IMG/VR virus record: IMGVR_UViG_2563366802_000015
Direction: 5' to 3' (one strand)
Length of the DNA stretch: 10,148 nt
Origin: a virus
Lineage: Duplodnaviria; Heunggongvirae; Uroviricota; Caudoviricetes
Shown here: positions 6,991-10,148 of the stretch, in pieces
How the letters are laid out: each line of letters opens with the position of its first letter
Position numbering within the stretch: the stretch's first letter is position 1
The notes under the pieces: generated by a model
What the model saw: the letters and a program-made list of their open reading frames with translations, nothing else
What the model was told of the DNA's origin: nothing
The model's database searches: none
Made by a program: the position numbers and the translations under genes

Positions 6991-8195
6991 TTAGATTCCC
7001 TCAACTATTTTCATAATTCTAGCTGCATCATTCTTTTTGTCTTGATATTCAGCATAGGCTTGTTTTGATTGCACGATTAGGTCATTATATGTCAATATTT
7101 TTCCATTGATAGAAAGTAATTGCATATTTATAAAGTGTTGGTTCTCTTGTAAATATCCAGAGCCAACCAGGAATATTACTTCTATATGCGGTATATTTCC
7201 ACCTGGGCAATTTTTAGGGTTATTGGAGAACCATTGTGTCGTTGCCTGTACATATTTATTACCTTGTGCGACTAGGTTCATTATATCTGGGTGCACTTTA
7301 GGTCGTTTCATCTCAATAATTACATGCTTGCCAGAAACGGTTTTGAAAGCGATATCAATACGAGCACCGCTAGCAGCATCAGGGTTTATCTGTTTTAGTT
7401 CCTTGGTCAATGTTTGCTCCATAACAGATGTGCCTGTGACTCTTTCCCATGAAGGATCCAATAACCATAAATGATCATATAAATACATTTGTACAGCTCT
7501 TTCAAGCTGATTTTCATCAGTTATTTTTTGGAATTTTTCAATTACTTTAAGGCGTTGCGAAGTAATTTCATAAAACATGCTTGCTTCAATGTCATTGACA
7601 GATGCAAATACATCTTTAAAATTTTCTGATTGAAGGTTGCTTATTTTATCTAATGCATCAAGGTTGTCTTGAATTCTAAGTCTTTCAAAGGCTAATACCG
7701 TATTTTTTAATACGGTTTTTCTTGCTGCTTTTTGTTCTTCCTCATTACCAGAAAAACGGAATGTGTTTACTCGTCCAATTAACTTTTCGGCACTTTCTCT
7801 CTCATGTTTTTTGAGAGAATTCAGCCATTCACTTACTATTGGAGTATTGCTTTTAACTTCATTTACTCCTTTTTCGCGTCTCCATTTATCCCAATCTTTA
7901 TCGATTAGTTGTAGCGTTCTTTCCAGAAAACCTTTAAGTACAGGGTATCTTGGATCATTCTGTTGTAGTTTTTGACGAGAAGATGTTGCCATATCAGGCT
8001 TTTCGTTATCATCTAGAAAATCGGCGACTATTTCACCGACCAGATAATTGGTGAATACTTTAGCACTTCCAAATTCTAATAATATGTCCTCCTCAAAAAC
8101 ACGTCCGTGAGAGATTACAGTAATGCTGTTGTTAGATATTTCAGGGTCTTTCTTTAACTGTGATGGCTTAACTACACTGCCAATGTACCCACTAA
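6991..8195 (-). pseudogene. C-terminal fragment of IS5-disrupted GHKL-ATPase/nuclease gene (carries the PD-(D/E)xK-like motif)
   Basis: The minus-strand ORF 6991-8265 starts inside IS5; its native part begins at the IS5 boundary (8195). It contains a restriction-endonuclease-like core, GARIDIAF-x11-VIIEMKRPK (Asp codon 7354-7356, Glu 7312-7314, Lys 7306-7308). Its frame is continuous with the upstream fragment once IS5 plus one target duplication is removed. Confidence 0.75.
8192..8195. repeat. IS5 target-site duplication, left copy (CTAA)
   Basis: CTAA immediately outside the left IS5 terminus and identical to 9391-9394. IS5 is known to make 4-bp duplications at YTAR targets. Confidence 0.8.
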
Positions 8196-8211
8196 GGAAG
8201 GTGCGAACAAG
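8196..8211. repeat. IS5 terminal inverted repeat (transposase-proximal end)
   Basis: GGAAGGTGCGAACAAG matches the IS5 terminus as recalled and is a 15/16 inverted match to 9375-9390. Confidence 0.85.
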
Positions 8212-8218
8212 TCCCTGA

Positions 8219-9244
<1,026 letters not shown>

Positions 9245-9374
9245 AAACTGGGGATAACGCCTTAAATGGCGAAGAAACGGTCTAAATAGGCTGATTCAAG
9301 GCATTTACGGGAGAAAAAATCGGCTCAAACATGAAGAAATGAAATGACTGAGTCAGCCGAGAAGAATTTCCCCG

Positions 9375-9390
9375 CTTATTCGCACCTTCC
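9375..9390. repeat. IS5 terminal inverted repeat (distal end)
   Basis: CTTATTCGCACCTTCC, whose reverse complement GGAAGGTGCGAATAAG matches 8196-8211 with one mismatch. Confidence 0.85.
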
Positions 9391-9394
9391 CTAA
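9391..9394. repeat. IS5 target-site duplication, right copy (CTAA)
   Basis: CTAA immediately outside the right IS5 terminus, identical to 8192-8195. Confidence 0.8.
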
Positions 9395-10148
9395 CTTTTA
9401 CATCTTTTCCTTCAAAGGTAATAGTATTTGGTAATATGTTTTTTTGTGTGATGTTTGTGCAGGATTTTATCCTTTCAGGGTCGGATTCGCCAAATTCCCA
9501 AATGAACTCGAGATCTGAAAGGAAATCTCTATCTGCCGGTGTAATATCGGTCCCATTAATTTTAACTGTAAAGTTATGGTTGGGGCCAATAATGCTAAAT
9601 CGACGAGCTATTCGCTTTCTGAGGTAAGTTTGAGTCCTATCAATGGCTTTTTTTAGTTCAAATAATTTAATTGTAGTGCCGTAAGCAAGATTTTCGGGTA
9701 TTTCAAGGGAGTCAGCAATATAGTTTTTTGATTCTTTGATACTTTGCTGTAAATCTTTGACATCTACCTCAAAGGCCTGAGGCTGTTCCCCCTTTTTGTA
9801 CGAATAAACTTGGATTTTATTGGCAAGTGAAAACATGGCAAGCTTACCAATACCTTTTCTGCCCATAACTTGACGTTTTAGATGATCGCTTTTGGCTCTT
9901 CCATGTTCCCTGCGAGCATAACCGACTTTTAGGAACTTATTAATAATGTCATCTTTAGACATGCCATGACCATCATCTTTAATGATGACCTCTCCTTTCT
10001 CAACATCAAGTGTAATTTCTACATTTTGAGCATCTGCATCCCATGCATTTGATATAATCTCAGTTAGTACCGCGGGAGTATTGGAATAGAGACTCATCCC
10101 TAGGTGATTTAGCACATTCAAATCAATTTTAATTTCGAAATCTGACAT
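9391..10148 (-). pseudogene. N-terminal fragment of IS5-disrupted gene: GHKL-superfamily (MORC/HSP90/MutL-like) ATPase domain
   Basis: Minus-strand ORF starting ATG at 10146-10148. GHKL Bergerat-fold motifs occur in canonical order: N-box EIISNAWDA (about aa 30-38), G1 box DDGHG (aa 58-62), G2 box GRKGIGK (aa 96-102) and GTT (aa 157-159). The annotated ORF runs to 9282, but its last 36 codons (9282-9390) are IS5 sequence, so the native part ends at the IS5 junction. Confidence 0.75.

Noticed and set aside
7106-7975. Plus-strand ORFs 7106-7474 and 7763-7975
   Set aside because: Antisense to the nuclease-domain fragment, with cysteine/serine-rich low-complexity translations and no start-site signals.
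9436-9627. Plus-strand 63-aa ORF
   Set aside because: Antisense within the GHKL ATPase fragment, with no supporting signals.
9282-10148. Treating ORF 9282-10148 as an intact 288-aa gene
   Set aside because: Its last 36 codons are encoded by IS5 terminal sequence and its frame continues into the fragment on the other side of IS5, so it is a truncated fragment of a larger disrupted gene.

Overview
This window reads as the early (immunity and replication) region of a P2-like prophage followed by its variable cargo locus. The backbone (about 1-5790, roughly 50-58% GC in sampled lines) carries a tyrosine integrase and a P2 C-type repressor on the minus strand, a switch region with a near-consensus sigma70 promoter and repeats, then a rightward early operon: cox, a small ORF, B, four small translationally coupled ORFs (one a TraR/DksA-type C4 zinc finger) and the gene A rolling-circle initiator (HUH motif, YxxxY tyrosines). 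Where P2 itself has orf91/tin/old, this element has a sharply AT-rich (about 30% GC) cargo module. It consists of a C5-cytosine DNA methyltransferase convergent with a large minus-strand gene encoding an N-terminal GHKL (MORC/HSP90/MutL-like) ATPase and a C-terminal PD-(D/E)xK-like nuclease domain, with a bidirectional hairpin terminator between them. That large gene is split by a complete IS5 element (1195 bp, imperfect 16-bp terminal inverted repeats, CTAA target duplication); removing IS5 and one duplication copy restores a single reading frame of about 652 codons. I interpret the cargo as a candidate ATP-dependent restriction-modification-like defence module in the P2 tin/old hotspot, now inactivated on the nuclease side. 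No tRNA, rRNA or CRISPR array was seen. All homology statements rest on motif recognition and recall, not on database searches.
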